Assembly (NCBI GenBank): GCA_040954595.2
Contig: CM082578.2
Coordinates: 11,229,166-11,293,165 of the forward strand
From: Balanoglossus misakiensis
Taxonomy: Eukaryota; Animalia; Hemichordata
Length of the DNA: 64,000 nucleotides
Direction of reading: 5' to 3'
Of the stretch, positions 40,901 to 55,400 are shown in pieces. Below the pieces are notes generated by a model. That model had not been told where the DNA came from and ran no database searches. It saw only the letters and a program-made list of their open reading frames with translations. Within the stretch, counting starts at the first letter, position 1. Each line of letters begins with the position of its first letter. The position numbers were made by a program, and so were the translations under genes.

Positions 40901-43900
40901 TTTGGTGATATATTCTTTTCGATAAACAAACAAAGAAAGCAGAACTTAGTTTATATAGCGTCTCAAGGCCTGACATTCAAGTAGACCTTAAACTGCTGCA
41001 GTGCTTCTGCAGCCAACAACTGCACATCCAGTTTGCTGGTTACCTCATCAGGCCGATACACAATAATAACAGACCAGTATCAATATAAACTTGTACAGTA
41101 CATGTGCCGTTTTCAGTTCTGGGACATGCCAATGCTATTCCAACTGCCAATAAAATAACGGTATTAGGTCTGGCAGGCGCATCCGCTGACCACTTCAGCG
41201 AAACGTTGAATCCGACCCTAGAACACACACATGCGAAACATCACTGAACACTGGTACCATAACAGATGTGTATTCAGACATTTAACAGAAATGCTGCACA
41301 ATTTGGTGACGCGAAAAATTAATCTAAACAGACACAGACAGCAATTGCTAAAGACCAGTCAGCAGTGTAATTACTAAACCAGGCAAATAGCATCTACAGA
41401 ACAGGGAGGCCTGAAAGAAACCCAGAGTATTACTGCTTTACTGCACTTCACACATCTTTGTTACACCAAGGACCAAGCCACATTTTTTCGGATACTTTCA
41501 AACTCACAATTGTCTATAAATAGCAGATCAAACCCTGCTTATTTTTAACACAGCCAAAGGGTGCAAACGAACCCCGACTTTTTAATTGAGTTTTCTGGTA
41601 ATTAATAACAAGTAACACAAATACTTTCTAACAATAAATACAAAAGGTTATCACATCTTTAAAGCAGAATGGATTTTTATTTATGGAAAATTGCAGATGA
41701 CAGATACAGCAAATATGATTGGATCATGCTGTAGGCTATTTTACACGGGGGTGGACTCGTTTAGTTGCCAACCAAAGTGGACAAACAATACCTGATTAGT
41801 ACTTTAAACTATCATTCCATCAGAAATATTATAATCCTGCAGATACACAGGTTGAGTTGATGCTGCCCAGACGCAGACAAACTTCGACAATAACGGTTCT
41901 CGGATGGCCTGGTTGAAACGTAACATGCAAGCGTGGGATTGAACAGTGACCACCCTTGTACATCATTAGGCTCGAAGGCCGCTCTATGAAACTCAGACCA
42001 CACTGTTGGCATTCAAGTGAACTTTTAACAGCCTCGGTCAATTTGTGAAATGAAGTGTAACCGCCTGGAGTGTCTTAGCTTCGAGAATACCGCAAAAAAA
42101 TGTTATCTTCAGCAGATAAGCCCTCCATAAAAACCAAAATGTTGCATAAATGGCCATGATTGATAATCCGTTTGTGTTGGAATAATCAACCACCTGATTA
42201 CAGACTCAGATTATTTTATGGAAATCAAAAGGGAAAAAATACACATTTTTCATCTGTTCACAACCACCCTACCTGTCAACTGTGACCGCGACCCACACAC
42301 TGGTTGGGGAATTTCAACCTGTCAAACTCCGCCAAGGAACCCACAGAGGGCCCCTCTGCCAACAGACAAACTTTCTCTAAGTCCCGGCTAAACTTCAGAT
42401 ATCTGTGGAATGAACCTCAGCTAATGCAGTAGAGCCAGCAGTGGAATAGTTGACATACTCCAGTCCGATAGCTTGGCCAAGTCATTACCAATGCAAAAAC
42501 ACAAGAAAGTCATGCACCAATGAAATCATCTCCCACTGGAGGATTCAACACTGGGTGAAGTCTGACCGCTTGTCTCAAGGAGATCTTTCCATTTGCAGAA
42601 TACTGCATCCTCAGTCAGTGGATGTACATACATGTACTGTGCTGCACAGAGAGAAGAGGGTATTTAGCTCATTATGCAGTTCGAGTGATATGGAATTTGT
42701 TATACACGTACAATGTAGTAGAAGCTACAGAGCAGTTTATAACCAAGACACCAGCTTCTCAGCATGCCTTGATGTCAACATGCTTCACGACAACAGTCAG
42801 CCATTACTCCAGCCACTACTCGTGGCCGGTTAAAACTTCCGCACAACATCTTAGACAGTGTTTCTTGAGCCAATTCTCTCCTGATGATCGCCATGGCTAT
42901 AAAAAGGGCCAGACACGGGTCAACGTTCAGCAGGGTGATAATATTGATACACTGCACGTTCCGTAGTTCTTTAAATGATGTCCATCACTGTAATGTTGCT
43001 CTAACTGTCACGGGCGTTTTTACATGTACACTTGGGCAAGTATCACGCACCTCAAGACAGACTGTCTTATTCTTTTGAACTGGAGTGGTCTAATGTTGAC
43101 AAAATGTTTTCCAACTGCACTATTCAGAAAGACACGCTTCATCTTTGAGGAACTAAAAAAAATAATTTAATTGCAATGATTTATATCTTTAAAAATGCTG
43201 GGTTTTTTAGTAAAAAACTTGCAGAAAACTTCCAATTCGAACAAGCTTAGACTTAGAGTTTAACCTCAGAGTCAGACATTGGTCTCATTCTAGAGTTGTC
43301 ACAAACGCCAAGATAATGATGACCGCCAATAGATCAATCTCAACTCTCGCCTGTGAGCAAAGACATGAACTTAAGATGAAGAGACACACAGGGCCGATCT
43401 GGTATGCAACCAAGGACAACGACAAATACTTGTCATTGTTGGAAGACTTGCGGGCCTCAACACTGACCGAACCGCACGCCGAACCCAGATTAAGAACTTC
43501 ATTCCTAGAATCCCGCAACGTTGGCAGGCATCCCGCCAATGTGAACCCAATTGTTATTTAGTATGTAGCATTACAGATAATAGCACCACACAAATCAGCG
43601 CCAAAAGCCCCGCTCTTTATATCCCATCACAATCTGCCGACGTGGTCAAGGCGATTTTTCTTCGATAGCCGGGGTGAAAGTGTAACAGCTGCACAACTCG
43701 GTGACATTTAAAAGTCAGAGTTGCGCTGGCGTCAACTCTAAATTTCCTCATATAAATCCAGCACCCAGGTCAGTGACCTGACGCTTGTCGATCGACGGGA
43801 CCACAGCCAAAGATGGCGTTTGTTTTCATCAAATTACAGTTTTTGATCGTCACCCTGAGCCCATTTGGCTGGCACAGTGGCAATGTAAAAAACTCAGCAT

Positions 43901-46900
43901 TCAACTCACTTGGAAATCCGTGTTTTGATTTTTAACTGACAACCATATACATGTACGACACATGACACACATCAGACGAACCAGAAGCTGTACTATTGAA
44001 AACTATCATCAGGCCGACATCTTTTGTCTGTCAACTTTTGAAACGAGACTTGTGTGAGAAAATTCCTACTTCCAGCAATTTACACCCGGTCCCTGCAGAA
44101 AACACAGTTCCCAAACTCGGCAGTCGGGTCAAGTGAGCTGTGAATTTTCCCATGTATATCTTGCACCTGCAGTGGAAAGGGAATACCGTAACAGCACGGC
44201 TCAAAAATAATAGCTCTTGTATTTGATTTACACGGAAAGTTGACTGATCCGAAGAACATGTGTGTGGTGAAATAAAAGAGCATCCATGACCTCTGTGCAG
44301 AAACGAGTTCACACCTACAAGACAGGCGATGATGAAATCTTAGCGTGTGGACTTTAACTCTTCGTGATAGAAACTTTTTGTGATCTTACTGTTCAGAGAA
44401 AAGCTTTAAAACATGATATACAGGGCAAATGTTAGACCCTCTGCAAGCTGTCAAGACCTTCATGATATGTGAAAAGCAGTAAAAAGTTTACTTTCTATTA
44501 GATACTGCTTAACCCCAGGGTCATCAATGCTAAGATGGGTGGACAGCTGATCTGTACTGTATTACACAGGGATTAGCGAAGACGTAACGTTAACATGAAA
44601 ACCCCCCACATATTTGAACTGTTGCGGATATGGAAAAGTCATAACAACCGCATGCAAATAAGTAATCATGTATGCATATGATACACTGTATGCAAATTAG
44701 TGATGTGCTCCAATCCCTAGTGGCAGAGATGCAGTCTTGCATATATACTGGTGATTTGAAGACAATATCAAACAGCATACACAGTGATTCTCAGATTCCT
44801 CAAGAATCAGCTGCAGATTTTCTTCATTTGTTCACAACAAGAACACAAAACAAGCCTGTCGCTGCCAGTTCACACAACAGATGACAACACACCGTTTACT
44901 GCTTCTCCATCTATATGTATCGTCACCCTTGTACACTTGCAACATGCTTGCCTCTTTCCCACGACTTCCACATAACTGGCCCTTTCAACTCCAGTGACAG
45001 ACACACACTGGCAGGGCAGGCCGCACATATCTTCAGAGACATAGCTGCAGCTTTTTGGTACTAATGACCAGTAAAACCGCACTCGGGGAGATGATCAATT
45101 CAAAAGAACTCCCTTTCTTGGGAACATTCTAAAATGCTGCTCTCAGCGTGTTTTCTGGTTTAATATTCCAATGATCGATGCTGTGTTTTTTCTCCATTTT
45201 ATACAGTCAGTATCTTTCAATGTCTGCTACAATATCATTGTTATCACAACATTATTTCATTCTGCTCAACATTCTTGTGATGCTTGTCATTTCCTACATA
45301 CATGTACACACATACTGTACTTTAACACACTGGCCCGCGGAGGTTTCAAATTGAAGACACCGGAGACAATGTACGTGACTATTGAAAGTTTTCTGGCCAC
45401 CTTCCAGTTTAACTAAACACCAGATGAATACGGACAGAGCACACATCGATTCCCAATCGACAGAGAGAGAGAGAGAGACAACCAAACATCTCGTTCTAAG
45501 TGCCCAATCACTGTCCTCCCAACACTAGGTTCTCATGTTTCAAACCACTGAAGTTAATTTCCGACTGCTCCTTCATCTTTGGAAAACAATACAATCTGTA
45601 CGCGGACACAGCCACTCTTGGCAAAACGCAGGAATTTTTATATTCAGACAGAAAATTGGCAATGTGTGTCGTCGGATTTCATCCGAAGGTCAAACAGGGT
45701 CAGCTTTGGTTGGTCTGCAAGAGGCCAGGCTGCCGGCAGCACAGACTTTCAAATTATGAAATTCTGCAACTGTACACGATAAGGCAACCCCTGGGTCTGA
45801 CATTAATACAACAAACGGCTATAGTTACTTAACAGAACACTGCATTTTATTGGGCCACAAAACCTAGGGATAATGCAGCACAGGCTGCCATGTGCAGTGG
45901 TTGCAAGGCCATAAAATTGAAAGATACTGCCTCGTCATTCGACATGATGGCACTCAATGCCCAACAGCTGCAGGTATCATCATGTCACCAGCGATGGTCA
46001 TCAATTTGTTAGTGGACTTTATTGAAGTCCGATCTTTGCTAAAAATCTTTGTTCTCCTTCCTCCACAAGGCCAATGATGACATACAGGAATGTGATGATC
46101 ACACTGAAATGTTTGATCTCAAGGACTTTTGAGCACATATATTTTCTTCTTTTTCTTCTCTCTGTTTCTCTGTCTGTTTCTCTCCCCTCACTCTCCCCCT
46201 CCTCTCGACTTATGGCATTCGGCTGTGGGGGGTATCTACTTCACATACTGAACCCTATCCATTGACAGTTGCAAATGATATAGATACATGTATCGTGTGT
46301 GTACTGGTTCTGTCACAAGTTTTGAGAGACAAGGTACATGTAACCTGTGGGACTGCTATGAGTCCACACTCTTCTCTCTTGCACACTTATCACTTGCCGC
46401 AGTACAAACATCTTGACAGAAATAGCAAACCCAGATAGAGCTGGAATTAACATGACAACAGGTGATGAGACCCGATTTACACGTCTCTGATTATATACAT
46501 GTGAGTGACGGAGGTTGATCTCCAATTAAAACCCGAGATGACAGCTAGCAAATTAGATCTGGGATGCGAAGATGTCGGTCGCTGTTGGGTTCCCCCGGCA
46601 GAGTGGAAAGAGTGCCATCCTGGAATTAGTAAAGTGAGAAGGTTCTCCCGTATTTACCACCATATCCTCTGTCTTAAGACAACAATATAAATCACTCCAA
46701 CACGCGAAAGTGTCCAATTTGAAAATCTCAAAACTCTAGGCGAGAAAAAAAGAACAGGAAACCAATTGCATATATGGCGATTGTTTTTTCTTCTTCAAGT
46801 TTTCAAATGGTGCTGGGGTGGGGGGCATCAAAATACTGCGCCTCTCTTTCTCAAAGGTATCAGCTATCGTCCGAAGTGAAATTAACGTCACTCACTCACA

Positions 46901-49771
46901 ACTAGCATGGCTAAGTATGCCAACACAAAAATGTCCAGGGTCTAAACACAAAGGCAACCATTCTTTAATGGGGCTGAGCTAAATATTTGCCATTGAAATG
47001 ACAGAAATTGTTATCATTTCAGATGGCATTCAGCGTACAGTTTTCTTTCACAGAGTACAATGCCCTCTTATCCACACACGTCATCGCAGTCACCAACACA
47101 CTCAACCAATGAAGGCAGCATTTTTTTCTTCCTCTCATCACCTCCAGCTACCACATCATCATTGTCGTCATTATCACAACTACCACCACCACTATAATCA
47201 TCATCATCAGGTGAAAACCACCACCACCACCATCAAAACGCATCATCATCACCACCATGCATCATCATATGCTGGGAAATGTAACTCCTGCATAGCCAAA
47301 AAGACCGTTATTTGCGGATTAAAATTGACTGCCACAGGGGAAATGACAGAGGAGTCACTGGGCCAGTCCAGACGGATCAACACTTGGCCGTGCATTGCTT
47401 GTTTGTACTTTAAACTGTGTCTGAATGAGATGCATAAGCTGCTGTATTTTCTTGTGTTAGCAACACGGCTCTCTAAAACTAACAGACACCATTCCGTGCG
47501 TTGCATTCCAGGAACAGATGTCTCTCATTCCAGGCGATCTTTCCCACAAATCCAAGGTGCAGGAATGGTTTTCGGCCAGCAAGGCCATATTTTCTCTTTT
47601 ACAACCATGGGAAAGTCACTGCGTTATATGACAACTTTATGACACTTTTTCACCTCTTTATAATGAAGACATGCATAGTAGGCATTCTTGTTGTCTGAGC
47701 CACCTGGGGTTAACTTAAAAAACTGGTACACTTAAAGGGACAAAGTCTCTCTCTCGCTGCCCTTTTTCCATAACTTATGATTAATACATGACGTCGTTTA
47801 CGTCAATGTACACACGGACATATAGTGAATCAACGTTAGACCACGCACAACTTCCATGCCAATTGCACACACAAGAGTGAAAAACTCGCCAAAATGAATA
47901 ATCGGTGTTTACCATTTATTCATTTTGGCGGGACTTTTACTCTCATATCCTACAAACGGGGTGGAAGTTGTGTGTGGTCAAACATTGATTCTCTGTATAT
48001 CCACATGTAGAATAACATGAACGGTGTCTTGTATCAAACATAATTAATGGAAAAAGGGCAGCGAGAGAGAGACTTTGTCCCTTTAAGGACTTAACAAGCT
48101 TACAGCCATTGCAGCTTCGCACTCTTCTCTTTCCCTGTGCAGAGGTCCAACTTTATCATAGCAAGGTCTGGACCTCAGCACAGAGAAAATGGATTAATGA
48201 ATATAGCTACACTATGAAAATAGCTGGTGAAAAAGTTGAAAGATGATGGAAAGTGTTCGGAACTGCTAATGGCCGATACACACATTGATAATGATGTCTG
48301 AGTAGAAGAAATGTTATCATCTTATCTCAGGAAGGCAACTTCATTTGGGCAAACAAAAGTGCATCTGAATATCAGAAACAGAATTCACAGAGCACAGAAA
48401 CTAAATTTAGTGTTGCCACTGTGTCCTTGAGACGCTGTAATGAAAGAAACACTTCAGGGTGAGATTCAAGGTGAAGGCCAAGGCTGACAGAAGATCAGTG
48501 CTGATAAGACAACGTTGGACACATTTTCCACTGTCTAATTACTCTTGTTCAGAAGTTCATAACATGTAGGAGGAAAAAAACCTGTCAGCTCAGATTGCTC
48601 AGATTCTTGGTCAAACATCAACAGCTGTCTGGTGGACACACAGTCCTCTAAATGGATACAGCCAGACTTGTTTATTTTGGTTTCACAGAGAGTCCTCGGC
48701 ACCCAGGGTCATGATCTCACCAAGGCCAGTACCGCCTTCACTGTCAAATTAGTGTCATGTCTCAGGGCTTTGATTCATGCAACCCCATCAGTTCCAGACT
48801 TGGTCTTCAACCAGTCGATACAGTGAAAGTGAACATATAAAGGAGATTAAGGAACTGCTGCCTCAAAACTTTGTTTAACCACAGTCCCTCAAGAAAGAGG
48901 GACTGTAGTTTAACTACAACTCAGTGTTTTACTGCTATCTACAACTGAAAGTGATCACTAAAAATGTGTTTTACAACAAGATGGATGGGAAAGACAGCTA
49001 AGCAATAAAATGGAAGTTGTAACACTGATGATGTATACTTAGTACATGTACATTCTCTCTTTTACTTTTAAGTGTCCCTCCCGATCTGACACTTTAAGTG
49101 GTTAAATGTCCTGAGATCTGCCAGTGACTCAACTCTCCCGGGGCAGGGCAAGGTCAACTGTCTGTAGCATGCATCAACGCACTGTACAATTGTTCTTCTG
49201 CCTGAAGTTAGCTCCAGTGAAATACTGATTGGAGAGGGTGAATGCATGCAGTAATGTGTGGCAGGTCTGTTATAGAGGAAAATCTGGTTGACTCGACTTG
49301 GCGACTGGTGTACCTACACAGGGTTTGTATGTTCAACGGTTGTAATATTACCCAGTGTGGTCATCTCCCTGTGTTCCTGGCGTCACGATGTAATGTGTCG
49401 GAAATGGCACATTTCCAAGAAAACGCCGACCAACCGCGGGCTTCTTCTCGTACCACCAGCCGGTGCGGCAATGATCCGGTACAATTCCACTAAATTCTTA
49501 CATATATACTTATGTGGTGTATTTTACAGAGCACAGATAAAAACTACTCACGTCTGTGTTCCCGCACACTTGGTAGTGGTTGTCATGGGTTTGCTGAGCG
49601 GAGAGGTGCACGTGGTGACGTGATTCTCGTCAAACTTCAGCGCCTGCGACAGCTCCCTGCGCTCGGTGCTCCTCCTCTGTCGGTTGATCTTGGATGGCAG
49701 TTCCTTCGGCGAATCCGATCGGTTTTCGGCGTTGCCGTTGTTGTTGCTGCTGCTGCGTAATGCTGCTTCTC
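37949..49771 (-). CDS. VGLL4: Transcription cofactor vestigial-like 4 (three 3' coding exons; first coding exon uncertain)
   Basis: Exons 49771-49552 (GEAALR..., phase 1 to 2), 39822-39521 (MRPSVIACA), 38199-37949 with two Tondu motifs (CDPAIDEHFRRSLG and SITGTVDDHFAQALGDKW). Phases are compatible. Confidence 0.93.
39345..39500. repeat. Degenerate tandem repeat of palindromic TCTATAGA-like units
   Basis: Recurrent ttctataaa / atatagaaat / ctatagacat / ctatagaattctatagatatctatagaa next to a VGLL4 donor site. Confidence 0.6.
47135..47267. repeat. Imperfect (CAT/CAC)n trinucleotide repeat
   Basis: catcatcat and caccaccac runs in a VGLL4 intron. Confidence 0.85.
47732..48086. mobile_element. 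Palindromic (fold-back) non-autonomous DNA transposon, TTAA-flanked, Kolobok-like
   Basis: Perfect ~39-bp inverted ends ttaaagggacaaagtctctctctcgctgccctttttcca / tggaaaaagggcagcgagagagagactttgtccctttaa. Imperfect self-complementarity continues to the centre (cgccaaaatgaataa / ttattcattttggcg). Confidence 0.9.
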
Positions 49772-52700
49772 CTGCGAGAAAAAGAATCAAGAGAACGAAA
49801 CCGCGTTGAAAACCAAAACGTCCAGTCGTGTTATAGCAACGCATCCACTGACTAGTTACATGTGCGGCTCAACTGTTGCACAGTGAAAAGTGACACCGCG
49901 TCGAACGAGCGCAAGCTTTCCACCCAAGTATTATTTTATTAAACAGGAACTGAAGCAGACGCTGCAGTATTTGACCCCACGGTTCAACGGTTTGGGGACT
50001 ACTGGGAAGACACGCCATATGCCAGTGAGGCGGAACAATTTAACAGGCTAGCTCACAAGAAAAAAAAAACAGTCTCGGCGTTTTATGGGACGGCCACTTC
50101 CGGACGGTCAACAGGTACAACCGACACTTAAACTTCACAAACTGTCGGCCATTGTGGTTATCAACTGGGTTACATGGTGCAATGGGTCAACAAATATTAA
50201 AACCTTTTCAGTTTCTTTTTGTGGAGGTCAAACTTTGTCATATAAAACACTCGAATTAAACAAAATGAAAATGAGAATGAAAAGTATGATTTTTGTGAAC
50301 ACTATGCGATGAACATGTTTTTAAAGCAAAGTACTCAAAGGTTTGTAGAGTTATCATTTTCTGAAAATCTGTCCCCGTTGTGCTTGCTGCATTTAGTGGT
50401 TTAAGTGTGTGCTTGTGTGCTAGAGTCTACATTTGATTGAGATCAGATGTAGGGATTGGCTTATTGGCTTTCTTGTTGACACAATGTCGTTTACATTCAT
50501 ATGGACTAGATCTCGATCCTCGCCAAGAGACGAGGACAGTGGAAAGACTCTTTTAAGAGGGGCTCTATCATCCCTGCATATGATTTTAATCAGCTTGGAT
50601 TGAAACCAGCCCATAAAATTTACAGCGAAAATTAATTCCCCCTTGAAACATGATTATGGGTGATACATCTCAGTCATAACTTTCAGTTCCTGATCCTTGA
50701 AGGACGATCTGGATCGGGGGCTCAAGTTTCCGTCGTGCACCATCCGGACAAGTGCATGTGACAGCAAACTCATCAACAGTTTCCGGCATTCCTCAGTAAT
50801 TCAACCCCCCCCCCCCCCCAAGTGTCACAATATGAAACTCTGAGGAAAACTATCCAAGACTCACTGCATGTGGTGGCAGTGAAACAATATTTTCTAAATT
50901 TAAGAGCTGTGTTGTGTGTTCTAACTGGATTTCGAAATCTGTAATTTTAACTGAAGTCTTGCATTGATTCTCAGTGAAGTATCTTCTCTGACTTTTATAC
51001 AAGAAAACCCCTGTGACACTTCCACACGTGGCCACGGGGGTCTGCCAAAAGTACGACTTGGCAGTGTTTTAGTTTGCCGTCAAAAAGGCCCTCTTCAGAG
51101 TTGAAATATTAACACATTACGGTAAATGATAGCAACCCAAACTAGTTGACAGACTAAACAAGGCTTGGAAAATGTCAGATAGCTTTCGCAAGGTTGCAGT
51201 GTTTACGATCGGTCGGGACCACCATCTCCAGACAGAGCGGCAAAAATAAAATCCTGAACGCGATAAGTGGAAATCGCTGCATTCTTTTGAAGGGCTATGC
51301 AGAAACATTATCCAACTGCACAATCAGAAAACTGCATTCTTCACGGTTTATGGGAATATCATGGCAAGGTATTACGTGAGTTGCCAAGGCTATTAGCTGC
51401 CAGGCAGTTACGAGTGTTTCTTCTCAGCTTTTTTTCTGTGATCGTTAAAAACATGGTGGGCTGTATTCTGAGTATGGTACACACAACTAAGTCAATTTAA
51501 CCATAGAGTGAGTAATTTTCAACTCCTATATTTCTGAGAAAACAGTGCAGATATAACAAGTACCAACAAAAGGCAAGTACAAAAAACTTCACACTTGACC
51601 ATGCTGTATAAATGAGCCCCCCCCCCCCATCACTGTATTGATACGTGTATCATACAAATCAAGTTAGATTCAAAATAGTTTTTCATGGTGACAACAAGTT
51701 TTGAAATGAGTTATATTAATAGCCATTTAATGGGATCATCGGATCTCTAGAAACGTTTGCACACATCACTGTGTGCAACGGACCAAACTCGCTCGGCATT
51801 ATGTATGAGAGTAGGCTAACACACCGTGGCGGGACCACTCCCTCGCTTTGATAGTGTGTAACTCCTTTTAACTATGTCGATGTTTTCCATTAAAATTAGG
51901 CATTACATTCCCTGACATTTTGACACTTTTCCCATTGGGAATTTTATGAGTCAGTGGGTGGTACGCATTAAACTATGCCCGGAACTTCCTGCGTTGTGCC
52001 CCGAAAATTGAAGAAAGCATATTTCACGCCCGAGTTATGACAGATGAGTTGGGGGAGAGCAAATTAAACTTTTCATTGCCTACCACGTCACTCTGCCCCT
52101 GTCGTAAAGAGTTAGATAACCAAAACGAGACATAAATTACATCTTCTGATACACAGTGCTGTGGGTGGGAATTTTAGACAATGTGGCGAAAAAATATCAC
52201 TGTAAGAGAACACGTCTGTAAGCACTACACAGATCAGGGATTCTCACATATTACTAGTTCGTCATTGAACTTCACATTTCACAATCACAGGAAAGACTTG
52301 TATGACCTGACCGCCAATCCACCTGTTCCATCAAACTAAATCTAAAGTAATGCACAAAGATCCGATTTTTTTCAAATCAAAATTTTTCATACAAAACTTC
52401 AGGAATATAAAACAAAACATGGTCAGAAACTGCCCAAATTGTAACCTCCTCAGAAAGCTTTCACCTGTGGGGTTATCGAATCAGATATTGGGCCACTGAG
52501 CCTGACTCCTGAAGAGATGTCTGGTCAGCTTTCGATACATACAAGAAATTCCATTCACGCATTACACAGTGTAGCTGCATGCACTGTGGCATGGACGTTT
52601 TGTAAATGTCCCATATCATCATCAACATCCACGCACACACTGGCCATCATCAGTCATGATGTCAACAACATCACAAATCTACATAAAAACTGGGCCCTGC

Positions 52701-53362
52701 ACGTCAAATCGGTTTTACCAGCTACACACACACAAAAAAAAAAGAATTTCTCCCAAGTTGAAACCGAAGAGATATTCAATAGTTTTATATTCTTGACCTG
52801 TCGCTGCGTTGACTGCTGAGACTGTTTCAGATGAAGTTACCGAACAGCTGCATTGTGGGATAAGACTCCAAACCATGGAAATATTTTCTATATCTGGTAA
52901 TTGATTTGCGGGTCAGGGGTGACGGTGGTGTCAGGGGTCAGAATTTCCATCTGGCAATTACTGGTATATACAGTCTGTTCCCCCGTTTCACACACGTGTG
53001 AAAACGGAACGACTGGCGGAAGGGTTCAGGGACGCAATACGGAGTAAATTTGGAATAGAGACAGAAGGTCACTGTGTTGTTTATGATGTGGGTCACTTTC
53101 AATAACTGCCTGCGATCGTTCAAAGCGAGAATTCTAAAGCGGGGATACTTAATCACTTTCTGGAGGAAGCTATTTTGGGGGGAAGAAAAAATGTCCGTCT
53201 TCGGCTTGAAGAGAATCCTCAAAGGAGGCAGAGTGTAAATTATCCCCCGGCGTACTGATTGTGTTTCATTTTCCTAATTCATTGTGACACATTTCATTAC
53301 ACTGGCTAATCTACAACTCATTAATTTTTCCATTCAGATACACGAACGACAGCAAAACAAAC

Positions 53363-53542
53363 ACTATAAAACGGGAAATTTTCGCTACATAAAAAGAGGC
53401 AACTGTTAGGCGACGATTAATTTTCACATTCTCATATTTCACTAAGTGCATAAATATCTCCGAAAACATTTTATTTTTGCGTTTAGGCTCTCGCGAAGTT
53501 CGCGACATTTTATCCTTCGCAAAAATTTCCCGTTTTACAGTA
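53363..53542. mobile_element. MITE with ~24-bp terminal inverted repeats
   Basis: actataaaacgggaaattttcgc at the left end and gcaaaaatttcccgttttacagta at the right end. Confidence 0.7.
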
Positions 53543-55336
53543 TTCTCAACGAAATCATTCGGCTGGTTATACTACAAGAGAGCGACATATGTGCTTCCGG
53601 CCACCACGGCCCCAGCGTCTAATACTCCGTCTCCCCAGGGAGGACTGTTGCCATGACAACAAAGGCCAGGATCATGGTTTATTTTATATCAAGATATAAT
53701 CTGTAGGAATTTTTTTGATAAATTGGATCAGCACAGGTCAACAACTCAGTCATGTGTGACAAAATGTCTACAGATTCTACCAATCTCTTGCCTCTGCCAT
53801 GAATTCATCATTGCCAACCCCCAAAATGTCTATAAAAGTCCCATATGCTGAAAAACACAAACAAACAGAATATCTGCAATTTTTTTAGAGGAACGGCCCA
53901 AAAGATTTATGATAATGGCGATGTAAATTAGAAATCTGCAATCACTTTTGACAGGGAACACTGGTGTTGTGATATCACAGGCTTAACCGCGTGACAGTAC
54001 TTAGCCAGTAAATTGTACGTCTGCTACGACTGTTGACGTCAAAAGGAACTGAGCTATGCAGTCTGTGTGTGCTTCCCTCCACACAACACTCGGCTGCAAT
54101 CCCCTTGGCATTTCAATAAATATATGCCCGTCACTCAAAAATGCGTACAATCCCTCTCAGGGAATTCCTATTTTATAAAGATATCAATAAAGTGCTCTAA
54201 ACAGACAAAAGTCTGCACAATTTTGGAGCAAATCCGAAGTTTACACCCATCCCTAGTCGGGAAAAGGTGCATTAGCAGCGAACATTGCCGGTTTCCCTCA
54301 CAACGACATGCACACCATTCCATCGCAGGAATGACTTCCAGAGATACGACGGGATGAGTAATGCAGACACACTCTTGGCTTTCTTCCCACACATCTAAAG
54401 ACCAGGAGGCAACAGTGTGTATAGGGTTTTTTTTTTTTTTTTTTTTTCGCCGTGCCATGTGGTGTGGGCAGTCAGATGATCTCGAGTTTCGAAAAGTTAC
54501 AAAGTGGCGCGGGCACGGATCGAGAGTTTCACTTACATGTACGCAGCTGAGGGGCACATGAAGAGAAACCAAAAGTTCAGAGCTGAGTTTTGGAAGCCTG
54601 TCAAGGCAAGTGGTATTTCAACTTTGGGGCAGCAAGTGTTGGCTCTACTCCAAGTAGAAAACTTTGCGAAGCACGCACCATTCCACTGTTCCACCATCAT
54701 TCGCTCGGCTCTGGAGGTCAATGCTTCACATTTTTTTCATCAAAAGGCTTGGGCCAATAGACTGTATCATGAAATCCACTAGCCCCGCAAAGCGTGCATG
54801 GGAAAGAGCCATTATATGCACCCACATGTACGACAAACAAATTTGTTCTCTTTCTCTGACCAAGCAAAGACAACATGAAAAGACAACAGGCAACCAATAC
54901 CGGTAATGAACAAGACACTCGCATGGAGATTAATGCTATCGCAGTAAAAAAAAATGCTGGGCGAGACTTTAGCTCTGGTGGTGGCCACTTGTGTGTTATG
55001 GCTGTACCTAACCAACCACAGGTTAGCGGTTGAAATCAGAGCCTGTACAATCAACATCACACACACACACTACAGCCCTTCAAAACAGAGCATGGTCTTT
55101 ATATGTACTTGACCAACCACACCTTACAAACAGAAAATTTGACAAGATTCTCTTTTCATAAGATGTCCATCAAACTTCCTGATGCCATTGTCTCCGCAAG
55201 GAGTCAAGAATTAATTTCTTGTCAACGACGGCTGAACTTTGGTTCATATAAAAGACGTCATCGGTCTACACACGAAAAAACTTTGCATGAAAAGTTTCAG
55301 GTAAAACCATTAGGGGAAAAAAAACTGAGACATTAC

Positions 55337-55400
55337 CTTTAAAGAGCATGAATGGCACTGCTTCAAAGCTAGCCAGACCAGAATAGGTGAGTGTTTCCAT
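55337..55400 (-). CDS. Candidate first coding exon of VGLL4 (METLTYSGLASFEAVPFMLFK)
   Basis: gctgccATGG start context, 64 nt, phase-1 donor AAG|GTAATG compatible with the GEAALR exon. There is little protein similarity to known VGLL4 N-termini, so it may be coincidental. Confidence 0.3.

Noticed and set aside
46998-47642. 214-aa His/Thr-rich ORF on +
   Set aside because: Driven by a CAT/CAC microsatellite antisense within a VGLL4 intron; no domain-like sequence.
51815-51880. Possible SINE core fragment (ctttgatagtgtgtaactcctttaac)
   Set aside because: Too short and degenerate to support without a repeat-library search.
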